64,000 bases of DNA from an uncultured Clostridia bacterium. GTDB taxonomy: Bacteria > Bacillota > Clostridia > Christensenellales > UBA1242. Position 1 is the stretch's first letter. The number at the start of each line of letters is the position of its first letter. This document shows, in pieces, positions 53,401 to 62,677 of this stretch. A model generated the notes under the pieces. That model was given only the letters and a program-made list of their open reading frames with translations. It had not been told where the DNA came from and searched no databases. The translations under genes and the position numbers were made by a program. The stretch lies in NCBI GenBank assembly GCA_947630745.1, contig CANRIT010000005.1, positions 2,403 through 66,402 of the forward strand, in the 5' to 3' direction.

Positions 53401-56400
53401 TGCTGGTTTTTATACTGCTTAAGTTTGTGCAACTTTCAAATGCGCTGTCGCCAATTGATTCGACATTTTCACCAAGGACAATATGAGTAAGATTTTGATT
53501 CGATTCAAATGCGCTGTCGCCAATTTTTGTGACATCGCGGAAAGCGTAGGTGGCTGGGATTTCAAGCTCGGACATTTCTTCTGCTGGAACGGATTGTTTA
53601 AAGCCGTCAACGCGCCAAGTGTCGCCATCCAAGGTGTAGATTAAATTGGTTTGTTCGGTTGCCACAACTGAGACGATGTTGTCGGTTACCGTGTACACAA
53701 TTGAGTTGTCAAGTTGGGTTTCTATATACTCATCGCCATTGACGGTGAAACTTTCCAATTCAACGGCTGGGTCTTCGTAAGTTATGGTAACCCTATCGTT
53801 ATAGCGCAAGAAGTTGGATGAAGTAAGGGCTTGCCCCGGCTGATAGTCGCTTGAACCGTCAAGGTAAGTGATGGTTATGTGGTCAACTGTGGCGATTGAA
53901 TATTCGTACACAGCGTAGAAATCTTTAGACTCAGTGGCGGTGCCAAGGTCAACTGTGGTTGCGGCGTATTCTTCAAGCGCCCAACCAACAAATTTGTAAC
54001 TTTCGCCCGCGCCCGTGCGTGTTGGAGTTTCGCCATCGTAGATAATTGCATCTTCAAACTGAACGTCCTTGCTGGTGATGGTTGTGCCGTCATAGTTGAA
54101 GAAGTTGATGGTGAACATGTTGCGCTCTTCCGCGTAGTTGATGCTTACATCATCGGTGACAGAAATGTTGTGTTGAACATCAGCATTTTGGTCTTCGTCA
54201 TCAATTGTGAATACGGTGACCTTGTAGCCTTTGGTTGGCTTGCATTCAACCACCAAATTGTCGCCATAGCGGATTTGGCTGCCAGTTTTTAGGACTTGGT
54301 CAGCGGTATAGTCGCTGTTGCCAGACTTGAAGGTGACAATAACATGGGTGTCGTCCGAAATGGTAAGGGTGTATTCTATCCACTCTTCTTGATAACTTAC
54401 TTCAACCGGCATGTTGTTTTGGGTGGCGGTTACTTGATAGATGTTGCCAGTGGTTTGAGTAAGCCCACCAACTGCCAAGGTGCCAGTTTTGCCAAGTGTG
54501 GTTGTGTAGGTTATGGTCAAATTGTCGCCAAAGTGAACAATGTCGCCCGACTGCAAATCTTCCCCATCCTTGCTTACCGTTACATCGCCGGTGATGTTGA
54601 GGGTGTGCTGATTGAGAGCATCTTCGTAATTGATGTTGACATCCGATTCAACAACCAAGGTGCTGCCCGAACTAAATTCGCCTTCATTAACCGTGAACGA
54701 CACAAGGTGGTGGCCAACTTCTGTGCTGTAAGCAATTTGCAACTGGTCGCCATAATGGATTTGGTTACCCGATTGAAGTTGGGTGTTGATGCTGTATCCG
54801 CTGCTGCCAGAAAGATAGGTTACAACAACATTTTCTGGCGCGTTGAAGGTGAGCGTGTATTGCAAGGTTGAAGATGCGGTGAACAAATAGTAATCTTCCC
54901 CTTCAACTTCGGTTTTGCGGAAGTTGGCTTTGTTGTTGAAGTATTCGTTATCGCCCTCGTCCACAACCGATTTTTTAACTTTTACCGTGATTGCGTTTGC
55001 CAGCAATTTGTCAGCCGAATCGCCCGAAAGTGTGCTGTAAACTGATGCGCTGTCGATAACAACGCTGGTTATTTTGCAATTGTCAAACGCGTTGCTGCCA
55101 ATGCTTTCTACCCCGCTTGGAATGGTGATTGTTGTGATGCCAGTGCCAGCAAATGCGCTGCTGCCAATTTTTGTGGTGCTTTGTGGCAAAACTATTGATT
55201 TAAGCGATGAGCAGTTTGCAAATGCTTGGTCGCCAATTTCTGCTATCCCCTCGCCGATTGTGACTTGGGTTATGTTTTTGTTGTTGAAACATCTGTTGCC
55301 GATGCTTATAACCGCTTGATTTTTGTAGGTAGACGGAATGTTGATTGAGGTTATCATGCTGTTTTTAAGCGAAGAAACCTCCCATCCGCCTTCAATCTGC
55401 CTAAATTCTAGATAAGCGTGAACTTGGTCGAAGGTGATGTTTACATCGCCGGTGACTGTGTGAAGTTGAGGACTAGTGGAATACTGGTCGTTGTTGATGG
55501 TGAAATAGTTAAGTTCCATATCATCACCCAAAGCATAAGAAACTTTTATCACATCGTTGATGTGCAAAGTGTTGCCGTTTGATAATGGCTGATTTGGCGA
55601 GTAATTTTCGTTGCCGCCAGATTTGTAAGTGACCGTTACGCCATCTGGAATGGTGAGTTTGTATTCAATATACTCTTCTTCATAGAAAACTTGAAGTTCT
55701 TGCTGGTCGATTAATGCTGAAACGGCGTACTTGTTTTCCGACCTATTTTTTAGGGTTAAGCCGTCCGACATTTCAAACACCATCTTTTTAAAGCCGTTGG
55801 TTACTGTGTAGGTAATAATAAGCTCTTGCCCATAGGTTACAACCGCGCCCGACTGCAATTTTTGACCGTCCGCCATAACTGTAACCTGGCTTGGGAAAGT
55901 GATTGTGTGGGTGTTGATTGCCTTTTTGAGGGTGATTTCAATGTTTTCCGCCTTGACAGTGTAGTTTGTGCTTTGACCAGTTATGTTTTGGCTGTTGATT
56001 TTAAATTCTGTGGCATGGTAACCATCTTCTAACTTGTAGCTTATTTGAAGTTGGTCGTTGATGTGAATGACTGCGCCGGTTTCAAGTTCTTCCCCATCGC
56101 GCATAACCGTTACTTCAATTGGGAAGTTGATGTTGTAGTCAATGTAGGTTTCTTGATAAGTTAAGGTTAAATTGCCCAAAATTTGATACTGATTATCTGT
56201 TAAATTCTGCGCGCCGTCAACCGACAATTTGCCAGTGAACCCGTCCGATTGTCTATATGTCACGCGAATGGTGTCGCCTAAATGCAGCGTGTTGGAACTT
56301 GTAAGTTTTTGATTTTCGCCATATCCGCTTGTGCCAGACAAATACTCTATGGTAAGGTGATCTTCCATATAAGGTATATTTATATTATATTCTATATATT

Positions 56401-59400
56401 TTTCTTCGTAGGATATGGTTACATTGCCGGTGACCTGATAATTGCCGTTTTCAAGCAAGGTTAAGCCGGTGAAGCTGAAACTACTCTCTTCTTTGCCTTG
56501 CGGCGGAGTGCGCGTGATGCTGATTATATCGCCATAGTACAGTTTGCTTGAATTGGATAGTTCACCTGAGTTTGTACCCGAACTAGGCCCGCTTACAAAC
56601 ATAACTTCCACACTTTCGCTTGGAATGGAAAGTGAGTATTCGTTGTAATGCTGAGCGTATTTTGCATAGAAGCTTGCCTCGCCCGTTATGGTTAAATTTT
56701 CAACCAAATCGCCATCCAAACTTGCTGACCAGCCAATAAATTCGTAATAATATGTTGCGTTTGCTGGTTTAACTGGATCTTCTGCTGGATAAACTGCCGT
56801 GTTGCCATATTCCACCTTAATTTGATGCAACTGCTCGCCTTCATAATCGTAGAAGGTTACATCGTATTTGATAGCGACTTCTGCATATTCAACCTGCAAA
56901 TTGCCCTTTATTTGTTTGATGATGTTGTTGCCTTCTTGTTCAATATTGTCGATTTTAAATGATTGTTTTTGATGCCCGATGCTTTCCGTGTACGAAATTT
57001 CAATTGTGTCGTCATAATGCAAACTATCTTCTGCGGTTAAGGTTTTGCCAATTTCGTAGCCGCTTGTGCCGTCTTTGTAAATGATGATTGGATTGCCAGT
57101 GATTTGAAGATAGTATTTAACATAGTTTTCTTCAAAATGCGCGTACACAGTGGTTTCCGCTTTTACGCTTGATAAATCCACCTTTTCGCCGTGTTCGTTC
57201 GCCCAAAAATCAAACTTATACTCATAAATTTCGTTACCCTTTTTGGTTGGGGTGTCTGTGCTTGCACTTTCTCCCCAATTTACTGTTACATCTTTTATAA
57301 GTTCGGCATGGCCATCGTTATATTCGCCATAGAAATGCACAATGTACTGATTTATGGCTTGTTCAAATTCAATGGTAAACGCGCCAGTAACCACAACTTC
57401 TGTGCTTGTCAACTGCTTGTCAATTGAATTGCCCGCCACCACAAATGTTGTGCGGTGATAGCCCTCTAAAAGCGAATATGCCACGGTTAATGTTTCGTTA
57501 TATGTGATTGTGTCGCCTTCGTGTACTTGTTGTCCGCCAACGCGCGTTACGGTTACACCCTTTGGAATAGCCAGCATTTCAAATGTGTCGTAATCTTCAA
57601 TAAATTCAATTGAAACCTCTTTTTTGACAACTAGTTTGTAATTATTGTTAACTTCTTTGCCATTTACTGCAAAGCGAGTAAGGTGTTTGCCAGTGGATAG
57701 TTTGTACGAAATTTCAATTTCATCGCCGTGTTCAAGTTCGGTATTGCTGCTAAGTTCCACCCCGTTTTTGGTTACCGTTACCCCTTCCGGGATTTCGCCA
57801 AGCGAATATTTGTTTATAGATTCAACAAAGGTTATGCTAAATTGCCCTTCAACCGTGTGAACATAGTCGTTTGATACCTTAATTCCGTTAACTTTAAAGT
57901 CGATAAGCGAATATCCTTCCCTTAAATCGTAGTGGATGGTCAACTTTTCAAAATGAGTTATATCATCACCAGTGTGAACATCGCTGCCACCTTCTTGACG
58001 AGTTACGGTTACGCCAGATGGAATTTCACCCATTTTGTAGACATTTATTGCTTCTTCATATTCAATAGTCAAGTTACCTAGTATGGTAACTTCCACCGCG
58101 GTTTGACCCGGTTCTATAACATTTTCGCCAACTTTAAACTTCGTGCGGGTGTAGCCAACGGATGAAACATAGCTTACGCGCACCCTATCGCCATAATAAA
58201 GCTTGTCGTCTTTTGTTAATGTGTCGCTTGTGTGCGTGCTGTTGCCCGAAATGAAGGTAACTGTAACATGGTCTGGAAGATTGAACGAATATTCAATATA
58301 TTCCGCAGTGTAGCTTGCGTACACCACCATATCTTGCTTTATGCTGGATAGGTCAACTTCTTCGCCCTGCTCGTCCACCCAAGTGTCAAAGGTGTAGATA
58401 TAAATTAATCCGCCATCCTTGCTTGGAACAACGCTTGTGCTGGCAGGTTTACCCCACTCCACGCTTTGTGTGTCAAGCGGTGTCAATTTATCTTCATCCC
58501 TAAATTCAACCGAATAAACATTTATATCTTGTGTGAAAATTATGTTAACTTCGCCGTCAACTTCAATGGTTAAGCTATTCTGTTTTTCATCTTGCGGAGT
58601 TTTGCCGTTTACACAAAATGTGGTTTTGTGATAACCTTCGTCAAGTTCGTACGAAATGGTTAACTTTTCAAAATGAGTGATTGTATCATTAGTGTGCACC
58701 TCTTCACCGCTTTCTTGACGGATTACGGTTACGCCGGCTGGAATTGTGCCCATTTTGTAGGTTTTTAACTGCTCTTCGTATTCAATATGCACATCATTTG
58801 TAACAACTATGGTTTTGCCTGACTCGTGTGGCTTGCCATCAACCAAAAATTTGGTTTTTTCATACCCAACCGATTCTTGATAAGATATTGCAAGTTCGCT
58901 GCCGTATTCCACCCGCTGATTGTTTAAAATTGGTGTGCCGTCTTTTGTTACGCTAACTTGTTTTGGAAAATCTACAACAAAGGTTTTGATTTGTGTTTCA
59001 AACACAATTTTTATTGCGCCCTTAACTTCCCATGTTCCGCCGTTTTCAATAGGTTCGCCATTTACAGTGAATTTTAAAACCTCGTGACTATCCGGAACTG
59101 AGTATGTGAAAGTAAGCAATTCAAAATGTTCAATATCATCAAAACTTTTTAATGTAACAGGTTTGCCATCGCGCTGCGCGGTTACAGTTACCCCGTCTGG
59201 AATTTCACCAATGCCGCGAAGATAAACGTTTTTCTCTTCTTCATACCTAACAACAATGTCGTCTTGCATGGTGAAGGTTACGCTGTTTGCGTTTTGTTCC
59301 ACCCCACCAATGGTAAAGCTGCTTTTGTGCCAGCCTTCGCGCTGAGAATATGTTACTGTTACTTGCTGGCCGTATTTAACTTTGTAAAGCGCAACCTGAC

Positions 59401-60505
59401 CATCGTTTTGGTCGGTTACCTTAACATCTTCTATGTAAATTTCCACACACTGAGCAACGGCTGGCGGATTGGCTTTTATGGTAAGTTCATATTCTTGCAA
59501 AGTCTGTTCAAAAATAGCAACAAAATACATGTCGTTATGTTTTAAAAGCACCGCGCCGTCATCAAAATCTTGCTGCGGAATTATGTTTGGATTGCCTTCT
59601 TCATCAAGGTCGATTGGGTTGCCCAAATTGTCCGCTTCCGCCCAACCTAAAAATTTGTATTTATATTGCTTTGTGTCTTGCCTATCTTTGTGAGTTGGAA
59701 CGGGGATTGGTGTGTTAAATTCAACATTTGTAAATTGGTTTGAACTGCCATCAAAGTCAAAGAATGTTACATTAAACAAAAGCGACTCGCGTTCAAAATT
59801 AACGGTTAAATATATGTCTTGCACATCGGTGTTGCCCGCGCTTACAACAAAATAACGCTGATTAGGTTCCACCTGCCTGCCTTCATCAATCCTTTGTTGG
59901 GTTACATCGGTTGCGCCATCAATTGAAAGAGTGTCAAGATAGCCATTATCTTTGCGAATGGTAACCAAAAATTCTTCACCATAATGAAGGATTGAATTTG
60001 AGTCAATTTGCTTGCCGTCCAACGAAAACGAAAGTGCATCCAAGTTGTTTACATGCACCTTGGACAAATCTAGATGATATTTAATTTCTATATAATGCAG
60101 ATAAATGGTTGTGTCTTCTGTTATTTTTGTGTCTGGGTCAAGCTGCTGTGATAGGTTTTCGTCCGAATAAAAACCAGCAAAATACCAACCAGATTTGTCT
60201 GGCGGATTTATATCCCCTATGCTTGAACCGCGCTTTAATTTTTGCGTGTACGAGCCAGAAAATTCGCCATCAAAAACACTTTCTATCTTAATGCGATAGC
60301 CAAAGTTTTTTTGATAGTAAATTACCGCTGGCACGGCAATTGTGGCAGATGCCAAAACCGCAGCAGCAATAAGCGCAGCCGCCTTTTTACCACCGTCGTG
60401 TTTTTTGTCGTTTGACTGAACGCCAAATGTTTCTTTTTTGCGGACCTTTCTGTCGTAACTACGTCTGCTTGTACCAAGTTTTTGTGCTGGATTTTTTGCA
60501 ACCAT
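50495..60505 (-). CDS. Giant (3336-aa) membrane-anchored surface protein: beta-sandwich module array + Listeria-Bacteroides repeats + five BspA-type LRR blocks
   Basis: N-terminal basic segment and TM helix (AAALIAAAVLASATIAVPAVIYY, about nt 60314-60382). The N-terminal 130 aa are paralogous to the 884-aa protein. Dozens of ~80-aa modules follow (…VTVT…G……L…D.I.YGD.L.I.Y…). Y.F.GW motifs. No LPXTG motif. Confidence 0.9.
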   Translation of the reverse strand: MVAKNPAQKLGTSRRSYDRKVRKKETFGVQSNDKKHDGGKKAAALIAAAVLASATIAVPAVIYYQKNFGYRIKIESVFDGEFSGSYTQKLKRGSSIGDINPPDKSGWYFAGFYSDENLSQQLDPDTKITEDTTIYLHYIEIKYHLDLSKVHVNNLDALSFSLDGKQIDSNSILHYGEEFLVTIRKDNGYLDTLSIDGATDVTQQRIDEGRQVEPNQRYFVVSAGNTDVQDIYLTVNFERESLLFNVTFFDFDGSSNQFTNVEFNTPIPVPTHKDRQDTKQYKYKFLGWAEADNLGNPIDLDEEGNPNIIPQQDFDDGAVLLKHNDMYFVAIFEQTLQEYELTIKANPPAVAQCVEIYIEDVKVTDQNDGQVALYKVKYGQQVTVTYSQREGWHKSSFTIGGVEQNANSVTFTMQDDIVVRYEEEKNVYLRGIGEIPDGVTVTAQRDGKPVTLKSFDDIEHFELLTFTYSVPDSHEVLKFTVNGEPIENGGTWEVKGAIKIVFETQIKTFVVDFPKQVSVTKDGTPILNNQRVEYGSELAISYQESVGYEKTKFLVDGKPHESGKTIVVTNDVHIEYEEQLKTYKMGTIPAGVTVIRQESGEEVHTNDTITHFEKLTISYELDEGYHKTTFCVNGKTPQDEKQNSLTIEVDGEVNIIFTQDINVYSVEFRDEDKLTPLDTQSVEWGKPASTSVVPSKDGGLIYIYTFDTWVDEQGEEVDLSSIKQDMVVYASYTAEYIEYSFNLPDHVTVTFISGNSTHTSDTLTKDDKLYYGDRVRVSYVSSVGYTRTKFKVGENVIEPGQTAVEVTILGNLTIEYEEAINVYKMGEIPSGVTVTRQEGGSDVHTGDDITHFEKLTIHYDLREGYSLIDFKVNGIKVSNDYVHTVEGQFSITFVESINKYSLGEIPEGVTVTKNGVELSSNTELEHGDEIEISYKLSTGKHLTRFAVNGKEVNNNYKLVVKKEVSIEFIEDYDTFEMLAIPKGVTVTRVGGQQVHEGDTITYNETLTVAYSLLEGYHRTTFVVAGNSIDKQLTSTEVVVTGAFTIEFEQAINQYIVHFYGEYNDGHAELIKDVTVNWGESASTDTPTKKGNEIYEYKFDFWANEHGEKVDLSSVKAETTVYAHFEENYVKYYLQITGNPIIIYKDGTSGYEIGKTLTAEDSLHYDDTIEISYTESIGHQKQSFKIDNIEQEGNNIIKQIKGNLQVEYAEVAIKYDVTFYDYEGEQLHQIKVEYGNTAVYPAEDPVKPANATYYYEFIGWSASLDGDLVENLTITGEASFYAKYAQHYNEYSLSIPSESVEVMFVSGPSSGTNSGELSNSSKLYYGDIISITRTPPQGKEESSFSFTGLTLLENGNYQVTGNVTISYEEKYIEYNINIPYMEDHLTIEYLSGTSGYGENQKLTSSNTLHLGDTIRVTYRQSDGFTGKLSVDGAQNLTDNQYQILGNLTLTYQETYIDYNINFPIEVTVMRDGEELETGAVIHINDQLQISYKLEDGYHATEFKINSQNITGQSTNYTVKAENIEITLKKAINTHTITFPSQVTVMADGQKLQSGAVVTYGQELIITYTVTNGFKKMVFEMSDGLTLKNRSENKYAVSALIDQQELQVFYEEEYIEYKLTIPDGVTVTYKSGGNENYSPNQPLSNGNTLHINDVIKVSYALGDDMELNYFTINNDQYSTSPQLHTVTGDVNITFDQVHAYLEFRQIEGGWEVSSLKNSMITSINIPSTYKNQAVISIGNRCFNNKNITQVTIGEGIAEIGDQAFANCSSLKSIVLPQSTTKIGSSAFAGTGITTITIPSGVESIGSNAFDNCKITSVVIDSASVYSTLSGDSADKLLANAITVKVKKSVVDEGDNEYFNNKANFRKTEVEGEDYYLFTASSTLQYTLTFNAPENVVVTYLSGSSGYSINTQLQSGNQIHYGDQLQIAYSTEVGHHLVSFTVNEGEFSSGSTLVVESDVNINYEDALNQHTLNITGDVTVSKDGEDLQSGDIVHFGDNLTITYTTTLGKTGTLAVGGLTQTTGNIYQVTATQNNMPVEVSYQEEWIEYTLTISDDTHVIVTFKSGNSDYTADQVLKTGSQIRYGDNLVVECKPTKGYKVTVFTIDDEDQNADVQHNISVTDDVSINYAEERNMFTINFFNYDGTTITSKDVQFEDAIIYDGETPTRTGAGESYKFVGWALEEYAATTVDLGTATESKDFYAVYEYSIATVDHITITYLDGSSDYQPGQALTSSNFLRYNDRVTITYEDPAVELESFTVNGDEYIETQLDNSIVYTVTDNIVSVVATEQTNLIYTLDGDTWRVDGFKQSVPAEEMSELEIPATYAFRDVTKIGDSAFESNQNLTHIVLGENVESIGDSAFESCTNLSSIKTSTGLRTIGNRSFYGSGLINIDIPEGVTTIGELAYSMCLSATSISIPESVISFGDGWNNGSFEYCFYVSEIYYNAISANDINYTPFKSVGEGTESLTVTFGEKVQTIPANLFNINCQHITKIIFNSTNLNSLSPYTNAFDNAGESREGISVIFGENVQTIPANLFKAVQLELAPKITSVTLGSNVKSIGENAFIYLKELTQITIPSSVQTIGQAAFTGCDNLMDVTINSADIYQALTSVDSCGFLLGYTDLKPTVSVPKAIVDEYDSSYLENMNNYIRRDDGDYYKFVDIYSIESDFEWSWMESQQGWMITGLREGKTITDLVIPDMFEGYKVFGVVGFKDNLDINTLKIGKNITRISDDAFNGCTNLQQVDMSQATSLEIICSGAFSNCTSLTGAITLPNGLTKLEGRVFAYTSITEVTIPESLINTNIANNVFSNCSKLSKVIINNPEVYRAITDRTSVSYLVTHAKTIVVPKVIVDNYNSSYIENINNFYIKDAGENYEFIDPSIAETDYTWEFVDGTYIVTGLKNTAITKVSIPSTFLGIKVVGVKNDAFTGTNITSVAINSNVTYIGQRAFYQCSKLTTVDLSYASNLQTIQNQAFASCESLNSLTFRSNLTTIGDYAFDTCTKLTTLSIPDSVTSIGTHAFTNGLLLRTVSISSSSKLQSIGVSAFEYCPVLTEIYIPSSVTSIGDNAFLNCNQLTTVQINSTAIYTAISSLESCGKLIRHAKKIVVAKTLADSNRNSYLETYASSGFVKSSTYSNYEFVIPNLNEYSSEFDYTYLQDELAWQIDGFRAGNTRTYIDGMPATIAGLPVISIKNSAFANSMLIRVTIGANIKTIGERAFSGCKYLATVNMDAAQKLETIKPFAFYDCSSLTQFKITKNVTSIGAGAFGASTMITTLFMDSPTICRQLTSSTACGNLVYRIIKKFYITTSNRDVFIGWMSNFYLYSKYEKATSDVSGYNLYTFKTS
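50690..55350 (-). repeat. C-terminal half of the giant protein: five LRR_5-like blocks (approximate)
   Basis: Blocks lie at about 55060-55350, 52715-53570, 52055-52450, 51270-51810 and 50690-51000. Each is built of I-P-x-[ST]-V-x-x-I-G-x-x-A-F-x-x-C-x-x-L-x-x-[IV] units and is followed by a conserved '...S..IY..L....C..L......I.V' tail. Boundaries were estimated by eye. Confidence 0.6.
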
Positions 60506-60762
60506 ATCTTCTCCTAAAACTTTTAATTATTTTGTGGAATTTTTTGCGCATTATAACAAACTACCCACAAAATCAATTTTTAGTTTATAACTAAAAAGAG
60601 TATATCATAATTAATATATAATAGTCAAATATTTTGTTGCATTTTGTCATATTATTTGTAAAATTTTTACAATTATTTTTTGCTGGATAAATCTGCGTTT
60701 TTGCGTGGATTTTTTTGGAAAATTCGACAAAATAAAAAATTGATTTAGTCGCATAATAAAAT

Positions 60763-60784
60763 AAAAAAATACCCCACCGGGTAT
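60763..60784 (-). terminator. Terminator of the DUF4364-like gene
   Basis: ataccc (60769-60774) pairs with gggtat (60779-60784), loop cacc. T7 follows on the minus strand. Confidence 0.7.
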
Positions 60785-61320
60785 TAACTATCAATAATTT
60801 TGTTGTACAGCATTTCAAACACAGTTGGAGCAAGTTCCCCCCAGCGCTTACATGCGATGGTAGCATTGTGGCGAGTGTCGGTTTTAAGGCAGATTGACAT
60901 TATGCTATCTGTTGTAAGTGGCTCCAAAATCTTAAGTTCAACTGTATAACTTCCGTCATCGTTTTTGTAAGACTTTGAAACATATTCCTGACTGCGCTTA
61001 AACGAAATTTTGTTGGCTTGTGAAAAGTTGGAAATTTCATCGCGTATGCTGGCTGGAATGCGGGTGTAAAATTGAGATAAGCATTCCCTGCCCGCAACCG
61101 TGATGTTGTAGCGATTTTCGTTGTTGTCAGTGTTGGGTTTGTAAACAAATTTGGCGGTTACAAGTTGAGGTAAAAGGTCTTTGCAATCCATCCAATTAAG
61201 CCAGCTGTTTTGGCTGCAACAAATTTCCAAAATAGAGTTTTCCGTTAACGGAATTTCCATTTTGTCAAGCACATAAAGCAAAATAAGCTTGTTTATTGTA
61301 GCGTCTGGTACAAAGTCCAT
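60784..61320 (-). CDS. DUF4364-like protein (putative winged-helix regulator)
   Basis: 178 aa from MDFVPDATINKLILLYVLDKMEIPLTENSILEI (ATG 61318-61320, AAGGTGG RBS). The pattern matches my memory of clostridial DUF4364. Confidence 0.6.
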   Translation of the reverse strand: MDFVPDATINKLILLYVLDKMEIPLTENSILEICCSQNSWLNWMDCKDLLPQLVTAKFVYKPNTDNNENRYNITVAGRECLSQFYTRIPASIRDEISNFSQANKISFKRSQEYVSKSYKNDDGSYTVELKILEPLTTDSIMSICLKTDTRHNATIACKRWGELAPTVFEMLYNKIIDS

Positions 61321-61486
61321 AAAAAAACCACCTTTTTGCAAATTATACAATAGATTGAAATAAATTCCAAACAAAATTGACATTATTGTATAAAATTTGT
61401 TTTTAAATGTTGCTAAAAACAAAAATATAATTTAAATTTGTTGCCAATAATTAGATTTTGTGGTAAAATATGGTTGGAGGGGAAAA

Positions 61487-62182
61487 GTGTCTAATATTCA
61501 AGATTTGATGCAATTCAACAATGTTTGTGACGAATTTATTGAGGGTAAATACATTTTGGCAGACATAAAAATTGCCGCGCTACTTAAAGTTATTGCCGCA
61601 AACGAGAAGATTAAAAATATAATCGCAAGCTGCTCGGAAAATTTCAATTTTAACCGTATGTTTGCCCAACTTGCCGTGGAAGATGAGGCGGGCAACTGCA
61701 AATTTGCGCTGCCAAACGCGGAAGAAGATAAAATTGCCTTTATTTTTGGCTTGCTGTATAGGTTTGACAACAAGGTGATTGATTTGTATCAGTTTTTAAA
61801 CAAATTTTTCCGTGCAGATGATGACGAAAGTGCGGGGAAAGAATTTTTAAGGTTTGCCGAAACTATTATAATTCCTTTTAAAAGTGCAATAAACAACATA
61901 TATTCTAATAGACACATTATTAAAGAGAGTGAAGATTATCAAAACGATTGCTTTAACAAAATTATGCAGTGCGTGCAAAACATTGCAAAACAAATTGATA
62001 GTTTTAAGTTGAAGGCAAATGAAAAGGAAGAGTTTATAATGCTGTTAAATTCGCTTTATTTGGCAAGCGAATCTAATGACAAAAAACTTGTCTATTCACT
62101 TATGATTGGCATTGATTATTTTAGCAAATGCAATAAGCGTACGCGCAACGCATACTTATCGCTTGAAGAATGTTTTGAGTAA
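61487..62182 (+). CDS. Hypothetical protein (GTG start preferred)
   Basis: 231 aa from the GTG at 61487, with GGAGG (61476-61480) 6 nt upstream. An ATG at 61507 is an alternative start. Helical, with no recognised motif. Confidence 0.65.
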   Translation: MSNIQDLMQFNNVCDEFIEGKYILADIKIAALLKVIAANEKIKNIIASCSENFNFNRMFAQLAVEDEAGNCKFALPNAEEDKIAFIFGLLYRFDNKVIDLYQFLNKFFRADDDESAGKEFLRFAETIIIPFKSAINNIYSNRHIIKESEDYQNDCFNKIMQCVQNIAKQIDSFKLKANEKEEFIMLLNSLYLASESNDKKLVYSLMIGIDYFSKCNKRTRNAYLSLEECFE

Positions 62183-62203
62183 TACCCTGCGGGGTATTTT
62201 TTT
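62182..62203 (+). terminator. Rho-independent terminator
   Basis: ataccc (62182-62187) pairs with gggtat (62192-62197), loop tgcg, then T7. Confidence 0.8.
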
Positions 62204-62237
62204 CAAATTTATTTTAGATTAAAAATTTATTAAACAT

Positions 62238-62382
62238 TATACCCCCGCCCCTATTAAAATTTAAATTATATTGTTGTAATTTTAAATTAATTAAAATACC
62301 CCGCTCCCCTATAAAACAATTTGGATTTAATATAAAATTTTAGTTTAAAATTAATTTGAATTGTTATACCCCACCACACTAT
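62238..62382. repeat. Three spaced C-rich 17-18-mers (ATACCCC-N6-CTAT) in an AT-rich spacer
   Basis: 62238-62254 tatacccccgcccctat; 62296-62312 ataccccgctcccctat; 62365-62382 tataccccaccacactat. Confidence 0.55.
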
Positions 62383-62632
62383 TTATTAGTCTAAATTAAA
62401 TACTTAAAATTAATATTATAGGTTTACAATTATTACTATATTGTGGGTGTAAATTAATATAAAAAGACTAGATAATAGCTTAATACATTAATAGAAAAAT
62501 TAATTCAGTTAGTTTTAAATTATTAAATTTTTACAAAAAATGTTAGAAAATTTATTAAAAAACACAAAAAATTAATAAAAAAACTACAAAATTTAATTTT
62601 ATTTTTAAAATTTCGATTTTTAGTTTAATAAG

Positions 62633-62661
62633 TTGACAAATTTATTTTAATATGTTATTAT
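62633..62661 (+). promoter_or_regulatory. Promoter of the 62678 gene
   Basis: TTGACA (62633-62638), a 17-nt spacer ending in TGt, then TATTAT (62656-62661). GAGG RBS before the ATG at 62678. Confidence 0.6.
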
Positions 62662-62677
62662 TTAAGTGTGAGGTTAT

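Noticed and set aside
60591-60866. A 91-aa minus-strand ORF in the giant-gene upstream region
   Set aside because: It spans the DUF4364 gene's terminator and an AT-rich promoter region, and it has no RBS.
62238-62382. A CRISPR array or iteron-type replication origin
   Set aside because: There are only three degenerate 17-mers with irregular 58-69 bp spacing. Spacers are pure AT-rich low-complexity sequence. No cas or rep genes and no DnaA boxes were seen.
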